The position numbers were made by a program, and so were the translations under genes. The notes beneath the pieces were generated by a model that made no database searches, was not told the origin of the DNA, and was given only the letters and a program-made list of their open reading frames with translations. DNA of 64,000 bases, taken from NCBI GenBank assembly GCA_015680685.1, contig MNCI01003312.1, forward strand, positions 107,160 to 171,159, read 5' to 3'. The DNA is from Gnetum montanum (lineage: Eukaryota > Plantae > Gnetophyta). This document shows, in pieces, positions 26,495 through 39,985 of the stretch (the stretch's first letter is position 1; each line of letters starts with the position of its first letter).

Positions 26495-29400
26495 TTAATG
26501 CTGTAACATTGAACCACTGACAGCTTTCTCTGCCTTTTCCTTTGCAATAGTTGATCGTCTTTCTTCTGCATGATGCGTTACCGCACTTGCAACGGCTTGG
26601 TAGTGAAAATCTAACGACTGGGTGAGATGTTGGAATCTTCTTGGGTTGGAGACTGACATGGCTGGCAATCCAAGCTTACTTATGTAAGTCAAAATCATCT
26701 TTGCCATCATTGATTTTGGAAAGGAAAAGCACAAAAGAATTATCAAAGCAATCGGCAAGCTCTGCATGATACCTTTCATTGTATCAGTGAAGAACACAAA
26801 CGGATCCACATCATCAATGGGAGACTGGAACTCCTCATCGTCACTGAAGTCGTCCTCGGATTCAGGATCATCATCATCATGATGAGGTTGGAAAGCTTTG
26901 GCCTGAAAAGCGCCAATCTTAGTGTATAAAACTAGGAATTTAAGATATGATGTACTTTTATCGCTATAATGAACCAGTTGCAATCCTAAAAACAAATAGT
27001 ACATTCTGAACCTGTGCGGCTAGCTTTTGAAGTTTCTGACTATCCGCTTCATCTCCATCTTCGGTTTCAATCCCCATTTCCTTATCTGAATCATCTTCTT
27101 CATCGTCATCCGTCTTCCAACCTTCCATGTCATCATCTTCTTCTTCATTGCTCTTCGCTGCTTCTGATGATAAACAAATCCACCAGGTTCGTGCAATAAA
27201 GTTATCTATTTGCATAATACGGGTTTATTAATTTTAACAAAAATCATCTGCTACTAACCAGCAACTTGGTCTTTATATGCAACAAGTAAATCGAGTACAG
27301 CTTTCAATATCTGTGCCAATGAATCTTCGGGCATGTGTTCAGGTGGCAGTGACAGCAGAGGAGTCAAACCCAAGATGCAAACCTTCTTGTCGTGCTCTCT
27401 GAAAGCATGTTTTATGGATTAACAAATGAAGCAAAATCTGTAACATAATCAAGCAGTACAAGAAGCCAACCCCATTTTCGCCGGGGGCACGGCTAGGATG
27501 ATGAGAAATCAAGCATTACAGAATGAGCATGTACCTTCTAAAGTTTGCTTTTTGACCACTCTTTTTGACTTCCTGAAGCATTTGAAACCAGAGAGTAAAA
27601 ACTTCTGAGGCCACACCCAACTTGTGTAGAACATTTAAGGTCAAAACTGGATTGTAGTATAGCGCATTCGCTATCTGTTTCAAATGAAAAAGTGTGAAGC
27701 ATTAGCACGTTAATCTACTCTCAAGTGCACAGCAGGATAACTATATAAATAAGAGCCATTTAAACGCCCTCTATAATTATAAATATTTCAGCTACATATT
27801 TGGCAAGGTACAAAAGACAATTTCGAATGAAGAGGTATCGTTTTGAGGGTTAGTCATCAGTTGCTGAAAAAATTCATAAAATAAGCATTGAGATTACTGC
27901 AAGAAAAGAAATCGAACAGACAATTACACGGATACACAACATTTTGCAGTGGCCACACAGGCAGGTTTCATTTAAAGCCTCAAACCATTGTTAGAAATAA
28001 AGATTCAGTATCAGTTGCATTGAGATTTAAAACAGCATCCAGCAGCAATAATGAATAGAGCTTAAACATCACTAGTCATGCAATAAGAAATAGTCAAAAA
28101 AAACAAGGGGGAGACAAAAGAAAAAGAAGGCATTTGACCTCACCGGTCTCCTTAAGATAGTAAGCCTTCTTTCATAAAATGTTTAACCTGGTAAGGAAAT
28201 GATCTTACCACTTCCATTAGCAAATCTTTTAAGTATTTCTTGTCTGTTCTTCGGAGTCTCTCAAGAGTGATAGTAATGTAAGGCTCAACCCACTGATCAA
28301 CTCGACCTTTACAATTTTGTAACACAGCTTCTATAAGTTTTGGAGCTGGCTCGATGTCTTGGTCATCAATGCACTTATCCGCCATTACCTTCATAATGTA
28401 ACAAAATCAACATATTAGGTAACGACAAAAAAAATCTATGTTCTATTAAGAAACCTGTAGCGCATAACAATCTTACTGATTGAAGAGCTTTGAAGAGACT
28501 TTGTTGATAATCTGGTTCCTTGCAAGTAAGAAAGTGTTCAGTGCTTCTTGATATGTAATTATCCAAAGGGACAAGAATGTCTGTTCAAACCCAAAAAAAT
28601 TAATTAGGATTTACCACATTTGTCAACTCAAGCAAGGATGATATAGATGAAGATGCTAAAGAGCGTACTCCTTGTTAGTACAGTCTCTAAGAAACCCCAC
28701 ATGAAACTGACTGCTTTTTATAAATATTAAGTCCTTAAAGGTTGCAGCTTCCTTTGCAAATCAACTAGCCAGTTAAAAGCCCCTTTTACCTTTTAGCTTA
28801 GCCATGGGATACAAACTAACCTGAGTAGTGACCGATGCTTTATAAGACAACAATACAAAGTTCCAAACAAACTACAGAGTTCCAAAGGGAACAAAGCTTG
28901 GTTATTTCTCATCAACTGAGACGCAGAAACCATAAGCTTCAAGAGGGAACAAAATATGGTACAAAGAATTATTCGTGGTTTTACACTTATTTGTTGACTT
29001 AATTTTCAAAATCCAACATTTTCCAACCATTTCAACTCTTATGGTCCCAGAAGGGTTGGTCGATGAACGAAAGCCTAACCTCCTTTTAAGTGACTAAACT
29101 CTTTAACTAACACTATGAGAGATCTCGAACGGTCATCAAAAAAACAGGGCAATATTATTTATGATTAATATCGTGATATACCATAGGATATGTACATGAG
29201 ACACTGATATCTCAACATATAATATGTAATCATCACAATACTCATTGATACATTACTTACTCTCAAAGTAATCGATAGCCCAATCATCCAAAGCATTGAT
29301 CATCAAAGGCCAAAGACTCCACATTTCCAAGGAAATTTTCTCCGAGAAGTAAGTCATATATGAAACAATCTCCAGCACCTCTTCAAATACCTCTGCCAAA

Positions 29401-32400
29401 ATAAAAGAAACATAAAATTAGGATATACAAAATTAGCTGATGCAAAATGTCTTATAAACTGAAAAAGATATGAATATACGATACTTGTGGAGCAGACAAA
29501 ACACTTCAATTTTAATTGAAATTACATGCAAACTGAAAAATATTACACAATTCCCATTCCAATATCCCGGGGGCATTTTTGCAATCCGAAACTGCTCAAA
29601 ATTTTGAACAACAATACTCAGGGATTTCATTAAAGAAAACAATCCTTGAGATTTAATTCCAAAAAAAAAAAAGACAAAACAAAAAACCAAAGCTTTCCTT
29701 TAACATGCAACTTATTGTGCATAGAGTTCGTTTCAACAATATTCAATTATTCATATTAACACTGTTATTAATTTTAAGTATGGCCCCAACATTCCCAAAC
29801 CCATTTAGACGCACATTCCCACATCCCTTAATCCTGGGAAACATGCAAAACAAGAATTCAATCAATTCATCAATGACTGTCTAGAAGATAACAAATTGTT
29901 ATCACTGAACAGAACATTGACACAATCTATAGCTTGCCAATGGGTTTAACACACAAGAAGAACTCCACTTAAGTAATCATATTCCATTAGTGGGCTCGGA
30001 TAATATAGATACATCCAGAAAAGTTCCCCATTGATAATAAGAATTCAGTCATTTTATCTCTAATGTTTAATTACAATGGCAGGTCCAAGAGTAGCAGGGC
30101 AATGAAGCACACAACGCAATTTTCTAATGATTGTGATATTGCCCTATGACAAAATAGGAAGAGATACTCCAACTATGGATCAGAATGCAATCATCAGGGG
30201 AAATATGTACCACCACAATCATTATTGACTGTACCACATGTTTGTTTCTCTCACACAGATTCCGTGTAAGGGAAATGTAGCTGTAAGTTTCGACCTATAA
30301 ACTATAAAAACGTTTATTTCTTATAATGTAAAAAAAAAAGGATCATCACCCAGAGGCTCAATGTTCATCCCACCAGGACAGCGTCCTAGAAGGGCAATAG
30401 ATGAGCAATGGCCTAACTTTTTTCAAGTGGCTGCACCAGGCTCAAACCTAGGAGTTTGGGAAACAAGCACCTTACCATCACTGGTCCCTATTTTTTCAAA
30501 TGTAAAACAATTAACAATAAAATGAAAATGAAAATCAGAACTTTAGAAGAATTTCAGTATTAGTATGAATTTCACAATTTCTAAAATTTTTGATACCTTG
30601 CCCATCTGTTTCAAATGTAAAACAATTAACAATAAAATGAAAATGAAAAATCAGAACTTTTGAAGACTTTCAGCATTAGTATGGATTTCACAATTTCTAA
30701 AATTTTTGATACCTTGCCCATCTGTTGTGAGCATTCTCTGCATGATTGGCAACAATATAGGTTCTACTTGGGGAAACAGATGTGGTAGTCTGCTGACAGA
30801 TTCAAGAATTGTGCTTATAGCACGCAAGCAACCAACAGCAGCCAACGCCCCTGATTCATCAGGCTCTTCTTCTGCTTCAGAAGATTGCATGCATTTCCAA
30901 AATGCAGAAGCCTAGAAAAAGAGCATCATTTAACTGTCAGAACAAAACATTCTTGGTAGAAACCACAATAACAGATTGCCAAACTTGTTTAGAGTAACAA
31001 TCTCTTTTTAAAAAATTAACAAACAAACCAGATTTTGGCATAAACCAAGAGCATAGGGTGCCATCTCCTCGCCAAATTTATCAACAATAGTTTCAAGTGT
31101 AAATACCAAATCTTCATTCTCCACTTCGTTCATCAACTTGAAGAATTCTGGAGGGTGGAGAAAACATTCAGATTTATTTAACAATATAAATGATATTATC
31201 CTTAGAAGACTGATTAATTTTCAAAAGCATACCATCCAGTAATTGCGGCAGCATTGGTCGGATCTCACTAAGATCTACATGATTTAAAAAAAATGAGAAT
31301 TGATTGCTGCATATTAGCATTTAATCTATGAAGTAGTCATCATTCTAAAACTCTGCAGATTTCGTCAGTAAGTTTCTGACCTTTGCAAGCTTCCACAAAA
31401 GATCTTAGAGCAAACACAGAATCTACACGAACTGGTAGCTCAGAATCCCGCAATCCCGATACAACCCTATGCAACGCAACAGTGAAGTTCCTCTGATCTG
31501 TAAAGTTAATGCTTGCATATTGACCAGACACCCATGCAGCCTATATTTCATAAAAACAGCATTGTAAATAATAACAATAATCACTCTATTACTTATCTGC
31601 AATAATTAAATATTACCATCTTCCAAAGAAACAAAACTAGTTAGTAATCAATAAGAGAATCCCATAGTCGCGTATCATACTAATATCTGCTAAGTGCACA
31701 CATGAAGTTCGCTGTCGATAAATATTTGTGAAGCAAAGTGAATGCTACAAAAGGGGTCTTCAACAGAATACAAAAATTCTGAGGTAGCACCGACCACATC
31801 AAACCCAACATGTAAACGATATGTAAGTCTATTTCGAACAGAGGAAACAAATGCTTTTAGACATCTACCTGCACTTCTACATAACATTTATGTTTACTGG
31901 GAAGCAGCATTACACAAGAATGCTGTCTTGTACACAGTTCAAGTGCTTCAAAACGTTAAGCTTTAAAAGTACTACAGCAACATGAACATGAACCAAATAT
32001 TCTAGAAAATTCAGTTAACCATGAAACATAAATTACTTGTTTTCAAAATACATTTCTTGTCAAAATAAATGTTGCATATTCAAACCTTTGCTCTAAGGTG
32101 GCCAACAGGGCTTGTGAATTCAGGAAACACATGCTGCACTAGCATACTCTCCAACTGAGACTTGTATGGTTCAGTCTGTTTTAATTTATCACACAGAGCT
32201 CCAATAGCAAGAAGTGCACCATCCTTTTGTCTATATGGCTTGTGCTCAGGAACTGCTTCATCATATCTACAATAATTTTTAAAAGAGGTCCATATAGAAA
32301 ATTAGAGGCTATGGATATCAAAAATCATTTAATTGCAACTCAAGATAAGTAGACTGATACCTCCCAAATATCTCAACAATATATTGGATAAATCTTTGAA

Positions 32401-35400
32401 GGTTTTCTTTCCCACGCTTGCGAACTAATTCAGTAACAAAATCAATCGATGCAGTACGAGGGCTATATAGGTCCTCAATGATATCTGAAATTGAAAAATT
32501 TAAAATAAAGCTTTTGTGAAATCAGCATGGCACATATGTCTAGAAATGTTGACTCTTCACTCAAAATATTTCTGAATCAATAAAGCATAAACTTACCATA
32601 GCCTTTCCTAACATACTCATGTGGATCTTCCCGCCATAACTTTTCATCATTATCATTGAAACACATCAACGGAAAGATAATTTCAAACAAAACAATATCC
32701 AATTGTGGCTTCAAAATTTGGTACGTGTTTGACTTGGAAATACTGCAAGGAAATAAAACCGCCAACAAGCATTAAACTGTTGTCTAAAATAAAGAACAAG
32801 AACATAAAGATCTTGCAAAGAATGCAAGTATATAACAAATGCTTGCTCACAGCATCATCCATAGTTATTGTTACGCCTTAAAAAATACTGAACCAATAGT
32901 AGGTGATTAGTTTCTTTGAAACAAAACCCCTCAAAAATAGGCACTATAATAAGAGGCCTGTAGAACAGAAAAAGAGGTGTCTGGTACCTGCTACTTAAAT
33001 ACTGAAGAATAAGATTGGTCACCCTATCAGGAAGATATCCACCTTGTCGGATTACATTCAACAGGTTCAGGTGACATTCTAGAATCCGACCGGCAAAAAA
33101 TTTTTGAAACATCTGCGCAAAAGGCTTGTTTTCTGGTTTTAAAGGTTTTGGGTCTCCAAACCTGCAAGACAATACCCGTTCATTAGGCATTCATGCTGAC
33201 AAGAATCGATCCAAATATGATATTTTCAATTCTAAGAAATATAACTAACTGAACTACCAAGAAGTTCGATATTCAACAGAGCCTTTACTCACGAGGTCCA
33301 TAAAATTTTTCATAAACAAGCGTTCATTTTAATATTTGTTATGTTCCTTGGACAAACTCACCGGGTATACAATCGATTCATAATATGCACAGTCCATTTT
33401 TTAACTTTCCACCATTCCCATGACTTTCGTAGCTCAGGATCCACAGGTTGTCCCTCTGTTGGAACTGACATTTCCAACATGTGCAGAAATAAGCCCATCC
33501 ATGCATTAAATATTTCTGGATTGAAAAGCTGCTTTGGGATCTCTAGCTGAAAATCAACAGACACATTCAAATACTTGCAATACTGGGATTAATGAGAGAA
33601 AAATGCTCCCCGGAAATACAAAGGTTACTTACATATATTGCTGACCAGAATATTTTGCAGATAAGCTTAATCAGCTCAGCAATTTCAATTGACGGGTTTG
33701 GAACCTGAACAAGCTTGTTAAAAATACCGAGCAAGGGTGGGAATGCTTCGTCTATGATTAGGTATACCGGTGTTCGTTCCTCCTCAGACTTAAACCTGAT
33801 AACAAAATTTACCATTTAGATGATGAATATTAATCATTCAAAATGTTTTTACACCTGCTTGAATAATACTATTAACTTCCACAGAAAAATAATTACTTAC
33901 TCATACTTCCTTGCTAAAATTCTAAGCACATATAAAGCAGAATATACTTGCTGGACCTCCAGATTGTGCTTTACCCATGGAAGAAGGGTAGGCCATTGTT
34001 CGGGATAATCAGCATTAATAATTGTTTTCAGGCATTCTCCAAGCTGCACTCTGAAAGAGATGAAACAAATAAAAAAAATCAGAAATTTTATATAGAGGTT
34101 GCAAAACTAGATGCCCGATATCTGAAGCATTCGCCATCCACTAATACATATTTTGTAAATAGCAGTATATTAAACGTACTGTTATGAAGATTCTCAGAGA
34201 CAATTAGCACAAATTACATAGCGCAACAGTTGGGAGATAATATATGGAAACAAAGATTAAAAATTGTAATAACTATTGACTACACCCCATTAAACACTGA
34301 GGACTATGGAGCTGAGTCATATACATTATTTTTATTTGAGTTTTTTTTTGCTACAGTGAAATGTTGCATAGCAAGCTCCAACCTGCTACCCAAGTTCAAA
34401 GCAAGAATATACACGTTTCAAAAGTACCAATAGATGTACAATAAGCACATTAGTATGCCACATCTGTTATATGCATTGATCCGGACATTCATTTTATACT
34501 CAAACTGGCTTCCACTATAAAAATTGTATTACAACACTATCAATAGATGTACAATAAGCACATTAGTATGCTACGTCTGTTGTATGCATTGATCCGGATA
34601 TTCACTTTATATTAAAACTGGCTTCCACTACAAAATTTGTATTATACCACTAACTATGCAGGATCGTACATGATGGAAGGATTGCCATGTAATAATGCTA
34701 AAAGTTTGAAAATAGTGAATTCCAAGATCATAACCATACATTCATGTAGAGCACACTGATAATTTAAAGTATTGCCGATAACAAAACACAGCACTTCCTG
34801 CTCATCAACCTCTGTGGATTGGCATCATCATAAAGATAAGCTAACATAAAGGAATGTGTACACCAGTATGTAGCTACAACTTATTAAAGCCAGTTTATCA
34901 AAAATGGCACATGATGTTCCAAAAGAAATAATGTCTACATCTAGAAATATTTATTCCAATCCTGTCCTTTTACCTTAACAAAGGAGGAACCCGCACAACA
35001 AACTCGAGTAAATTATCTCGAACAGCTGCTTTGTCAAGGGGTGAAATTTTTTGCTGTTCACCTGTACAAGAAGTTATTGCCCAAAAAAATTAAAATCCAA
35101 ACAGAATAGACACCAAATTAAAGTACACAACTTTATCGGAATCTCACCAGGTTCATTTGGAGACCAATTTTTCCCTATGAAGTTCTTAAAATGGATACTT
35201 GCAACTTGACGCACAGCCAAATCACAATTTACATCAACTATTATTTGAAGAAGTCTAACAAGGTGCTGTGGTGTATGTTGAAACTGCATCAAAGGAACAC
35301 AATGAAAATAATATATAGGCACAAACAAAGGAACAGGCTTAAATTTCATACTGACAGATGTCGTTGTAACAGGAAGAGAAAGCCACAGTGCAGCTTTTAA

Positions 35401-37631
35401 ATATACATAGTGCAAAGAAAATTTGCTTATTATCATATAATAGCAACCAAAATGTTATAAAATGGGTACAGTCCACAAAAGCTTCAAATGTCAACATTAC
35501 AGAAGTACGTCAGAAAAGAAAACGCTCTTGAAAAGGCATTCCATCATATACTGCAAAAAGGAATCCTATAATTTCAAAAATAAAAGAAAACATTAAACAA
35601 CTACATTATAAAGAAAAATACGCAAGAATGTCCTTTCCCTAAGCATAAATCACATGGGTTATGAATCATGAAAACCATCATGATCATAATTCCATCTCCA
35701 CAGTGACCTCTGGCCTTGCACCTGAAAATGCATGGATGCCAATACAGGGGCTAGAAACAAAATGGAAATTCTGAAAATCATCTATTAAAAGAAAAACCTA
35801 AAGTTGGTTTGCACGGTACCACTTAAGCCTATGCTCTATATGAACGTCATCCCCTGCTGGCTAAAGTACTTTAACTAAAAGTAGCAGCATTTTTTTAAAA
35901 TTTAAAAGAAATCTGCTGCCACAATAGTAGAATCAGGATCCTTCAGTTTGAAAAACAGAGTCTTTTATTTCAAAAGGTGACTGTGATAAGTAACTCATGC
36001 TTTATTGGTATTTAATATACAAAAAAGGACTTGGACATACACACATGTATGCAACATATTTTATATAAGGTAATAACTGGTTCCTCAATTCATTGGTTTT
36101 TCTGGAATATTCCCAATGTAATCAATAAGCAAAGTATCCCATTCTTTAAAATAATTTTTGACCTAACAACAGCAAAAGTTATATCAAACATCAAACTGAG
36201 AGTAAAAAATCAAATAAAAAATTAAAAGACTTTTTTGAACAATCTGTCTGTGTAAAACCTATGAACTGAACTTAACTGTTTTCAGTATATCCTAGACCCC
36301 AGATATCTGTTGGACCAGTTTAGTTGCAGCCATCATCTTTTTTCCACAATGTCTAATATATCTGAGCCTAACACATTGGGAGAGAAATCAATACTTGTGG
36401 GACGCAGGTTACAACCTTTTCCCACAAGTCACACCTCATCGATGCCCAACATATCCGATTTTATTCAATGGATTGGTAGGGTTTTTCATTGGACGTAATA
36501 AAATATCTTATAATAGAGATCTGATACATCATTGATGCTTGATAACAGATCTGAGCCATCTGAACTCTCAGAAGCAATTACTCAATTAATTAGTCCTAAA
36601 GTTTGAAGGCTCGTCATCCATCTAAAATTCAAGAATATTAGGTTTAGCTCATATAATTATATAATTAAAAAATAACAAACTAAGGTGTAGTAAAACTATA
36701 TGTGAAATAATAATAGAGGAAGCAAATAACATGTTATCCTGAAGCCTTATGTTAAAACAATAACGTTAAGTGTCCAAGCTCCCATACGACGTGTCCGCCA
36801 CTCATTAACTCAATGAAAATTGTGTCTTACAACGGCAGACAGATAATTAAAAGCTGGAAGTTGAAATGGCTGAGTAACACCCCAACAGCCAACATCAACA
36901 CCAGTAGTTATACCTACTAGAACTGGAGGTACAAGTTCAACTCACTAAGCATCTGGCTAGAAAGGCGTAACAGCTGTGCATTCTCACTACTCTATGTTTT
37001 CACAAATAAGTGATATAATAGTCTTTTCGATAAAATGAAATTAGGGACATTACTATCGTAGCACTTTAAAAATTAGCATCTAGCATCGCCGTCAAAGAAT
37101 GCATAGCCGTAATAAAGTTGCGCGTGAAGTAAAGAAGACTTCGATGAATACACTAATAATTAAAGCTTTTCAAACAAAATCAAGCAGGAAAACTGATTCA
37201 GCAAATTCACTAAGTATGTACCAATCCAAAACCAAACCACGTGAACATCTCCACATTAAACAGAGGATTCAGTCCATATTAAACAATCTTAAAACAAGCA
37301 TAATTATTCAAGCATACTGAAAATCCTAACTTGCTAAGACCAAATCCACTGAGAAACCTAGCGCCCTACGCTACCCCCTATCATATCAAAGGCATAGTCT
37401 CTGCACGATACAATATGCAACCATCGCCGCGATCTATGAACCGGAGTACGAATCGAGAATGGATCATCATAACAAAAACAGAGCAATAAACAGAAGATGC
37501 ATAGGAAAAAGAAAACAATTTCCAATAAAAAAAATACAAACCTGATTTAGGCTATCTTCTGCGGCCTTACGTTCCTCGGGATTGGGACTCAACGCAGCCT
37601 GAAGTATGACAGCTAGGTTCGGAAGATCCAT
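26495..37631 (-). CDS. SAD2: Importin beta-like SAD2 / importin-7/8 homolog, 22 coding exons, 1033 aa
   Basis: Exons read by hand, all GT-AG: 37542-37631, 35148-35283, 34974-35061, 33901-34050, 33633-33795, 33362-33546, 32988-33161, 32597-32742, 32361-32484, 32086-32266, 31381-31540, 31233-31274, 31029-31147, 30713-30911, 29261-29392, 28477-28580, 28209-28388, 27535-27674, 27259-27398, 27012-27163, 26773-26902, 26495-26661. Total 3102 nt, in frame. N-terminus [29 protein letters not shown] motif [32 protein letters not shown], acidic C-terminal region. Confidence 0.95.
30330..30495 (-). mobile_element. Au-like SINE in SAD2 intron 14
   Basis: Minus strand has box A-like AGTGATGGTAAGG, box B-like GGTTTGAGCC, CAGCCACTTGAAAAAA, GCCCTTCTAGGAC and a terminal poly(T), resembling the plant Au SINE layout. 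Possible TSD AATGTAAAA. Confidence 0.65.
30495..30726. repeat. 116-bp tandem duplication that includes the exon-14 splice donor
   Basis: TCAAATGTAAAACAATTAACAATAAAATG...TTTTGATACCTTGCCCATCTGTT occurs twice; the donors fall at 30713/30712 and 30597/30596. Confidence 0.93.
34428..34652. repeat. 113-bp tandem duplication in SAD2 intron 3
   Basis: CAATAGATGTACAATAAGCACATTAGTATGC...ACTGGCTTCCACTA starts at 34428 and again at 34541. Confidence 0.92.
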
Positions 37632-37786
37632 TGCAAGCACAGAAACACCTTCAATCAAGGGTTTGCTGATTTGCTGACCGATCTAATCCAACCAAATAAT
37701 GATTAAACCACAACTCTGTAAATCACTGCTCTGCTTCTTCACTGTGCGTCATCAACGTAGCTACTACTGCTGGAATTGGGAAACAC

Positions 37787-37985
37787 CTGAAAGAACAGCA
37801 AGAGCCAAACGTATGAAGAAAGGAAAGGAAAGGAAAGTTATCAGAGCAGGCAAGGTCAAGTGTTGTGACCTTCGCTCTGGCAAAATGTGAACGAAGCAAC
37901 GTTTCGTATAAATATAGACAAATAAGGTTGACAGCGCAATTTTGTAAAGATACTGTGGGATTTCTTGCCACTGTCGAAGTTCAAC
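37787..37985 (-). other. Putative 5' UTR intron of SAD2
   Basis: Strong pyrimidine tract and acceptor TGTTCTTTCAG|G at 37787; candidate donor AAG|GTTGAA at 37985. Confidence 0.45.
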
Positions 37986-38001
37986 CTTTGGAAGCAGCAG
38001 G

Positions 38002-38011
38002 ATTAGGGTTT
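38002..38011 (-). promoter_or_regulatory. Telo-box (AAACCCTAAT) near the probable SAD2 transcription start
   Basis: ATTAGGGTTT on plus, in a CpG-retaining region upstream of the ATG. Telo-boxes are common near plant housekeeping gene starts. Confidence 0.5.
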
Positions 38012-38874
38012 ATAATTAAAACCCTTGTTGCCATTTTTCCAAATATTTAAAAACATTTCGAAAAACAATAATGGACCCGTCTAAGGGACCTTTTAGCTAC
38101 TTTTCATCGCGGATTTTCCGCAGATCTTCTCGTCTGTGTTTATGAGCAGCAGAGAAAGGATTAAAAAAAACCATGCTAACGCTGCATAGAAATCCGGCAG
38201 TGTTAGGATCGATAAGAAAAATATTTATGTTAAATAACATGCAGTCATAACTTGCCTCATAACGACATGATTAACAAAATCATGTACTATTTCGATATTT
38301 TGGGTGACCTAGGTTGACACGTCGTCACCGTGTATTTTTTAGACAAGTCTAATATGTGCAAATCATAAAATGCATGTTCTAAACAACTGTGAGTCATTCT
38401 ATTTACATTTTGAAACATTGTTATATTTTTATAGAATTCTCCTAATGGGTCATGGCCACGTGTTTTAAGGTATACTTATATAGTTGAATTGTTTTGGTTC
38501 CCAAACATCCCTCCTCTTGGGGAGGTGTGGGACCCAAACATCCCTCCCCTTTGAGTCCCTCCACCCCTTTCTCCATCACATATAAGTAGACCCCACACCC
38601 CAATACATGCAATGTGAAACTTTCATAATATTTTTACTGAACGTAATAATATGTTACATCCTATCCAAAGCAAACGTATCACTTGTAAATCAATGTTCCA
38701 CTAACAACAAGGGGAGGGTCGGTCTTTGGACCCCAAAATTAATATTAATAAAACTTAAAAAATTTAGAGTGCACCAAAAACATGGAAAGGAAAATTTTCT
38801 AATTTTAAGAAGGTTTACTCAAGTGTACAATTGTGTAAATGATGCTTTGAAAAATCAAGAAAACTTAACAAAAA

Positions 38875-38996
38875 CAATGAAGTGTTAGCCTAGTGGTATG
38901 GGTCTTGGCCTAGTAACCCCAGGTTATAGGTTTGATGTCATGGTTTTGATTCTACTATGTAGGACTATGGTTCAATTATTTCTAGTTCCAACACCC
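38875..38996 (+). mobile_element. SINE family 1 copy (internal deletion)
   Basis: Box A TAGCCTAGTGG, box B-like GGTTTGAT, ends TTCCAACACCC. TSD AAGAAAACTTAACAAAAA / AAGAAAGGTTAACAAAAA. Confidence 0.8.
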
Positions 38997-39182
38997 AAGA
39001 AAGGTTAACAAAAAAGCTCTCTAAAAAATAAATGATAAACTAAATAACTCTTCAAAATATGAAACTTTAGACTATTTTTTAGGATAGATAGTGTCCATTT
39101 ATGAATGATCAATATTGCATACTTATGTATAAAAAACCCTATATCCAAGGTACGCTAAAGCATTCCCTAGTTCAACAAGCAA

Positions 39183-39382
39183 CCCAGGGATGTAGGACAA
39201 GTGGTCAAGACACTCATCTCTTGGTTGGGAGATTGTAGGTTTAACTCTTATCCCTACTTATAGGTGTGGCAATAGTGGAGTAGCTTTGTGTTAGGACCTT
39301 TTTATTTAGCAAGTCCCATCTACCCTACTATGTGGGTAGGGGTTATGCTACTGGTCCTAAGTTGTATTACCTTTATAAAAAA
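39183..39382 (+). mobile_element. tRNA-derived SINE family 2, poly(A)-tailed
   Basis: Box A-like TAGGACAAGTGG, box B-like GGTTTAACTC, A-tail, 12-bp TSD TTCAACAAGCAA (39171-39182 / 39383-39394). The duplicate at 39980-41112 is split by an LTR. Confidence 0.8.
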
Positions 39383-39650
39383 TTCAACAAGCAAAAAAAA
39401 AAAAAAAGAGAGAAAGAAAGCAAACAATACATAGCATGATTGACTTGAATGTTGAGTTTTTGCATCACATCATTTAAGTATGAAGTATGACTTTAATTGC
39501 TAGTAGGTAACCCAAAATTGTAACAAACATATGTTGTGATATAAGATCAACAATCAATGGGTGCTAAAACTTGAAATAAGTGAAACAAGTGTACTTAAGT
39601 GTACAACTATGTAAATGATGTTTTGAAAAATCAAGAAAGCTTAACAAAAA

Positions 39651-39793
39651 CAATGAGGTGTTAGTCTAGTGATACAAGTCTTGGCTTAGTAACCCGAGGT
39701 CATAGGTTTGATTCTACTATGTGGTACTAAGTTATAAACTTCTATAAATGTTGGGCTATACCTATGGTTCAATTATTTCGGGTTCCAACACCC
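39651..39793 (+). mobile_element. SINE family 1 copy (most complete)
   Basis: CAATGAGGTGTTAGTCTAGTGATA...GGTTTGATTC...GGTTCCAACACCC with an 18-bp TSD AAGAAAG(C/G)TTAACAAAAA. Confidence 0.82.
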
Positions 39794-39985
39794 AAGAAAG
39801 GTTAACAAAAAAGCTCCCTGAAAAACAAATGAAAATTTAAATAACTCTTCAAAATATGAAACTTTAGAATATTTTTTAAAATAGGTGGTGTCCATTTATG
39901 AATGATAAATATTGCATGCTTATGTATAAATAACCCTATATCTAAGGTATGCTAAAGCATTTCCTAATTCAACAAGTAACCCAGG

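Noticed and set aside
26662-32360. U12-type introns at GTATC donors (introns 9, 14, 21)
   Set aside because: The donors are GTATCAG, GTATCAA and GTATCAT, not the U12 consensus GTATCCTT.
39651-39720. tRNA genes at SINE heads (also 10220-10285, 38880, 39185)
   Set aside because: Degenerate boxes, no complete cloverleaf, and most are embedded in TSD-flanked repeats.
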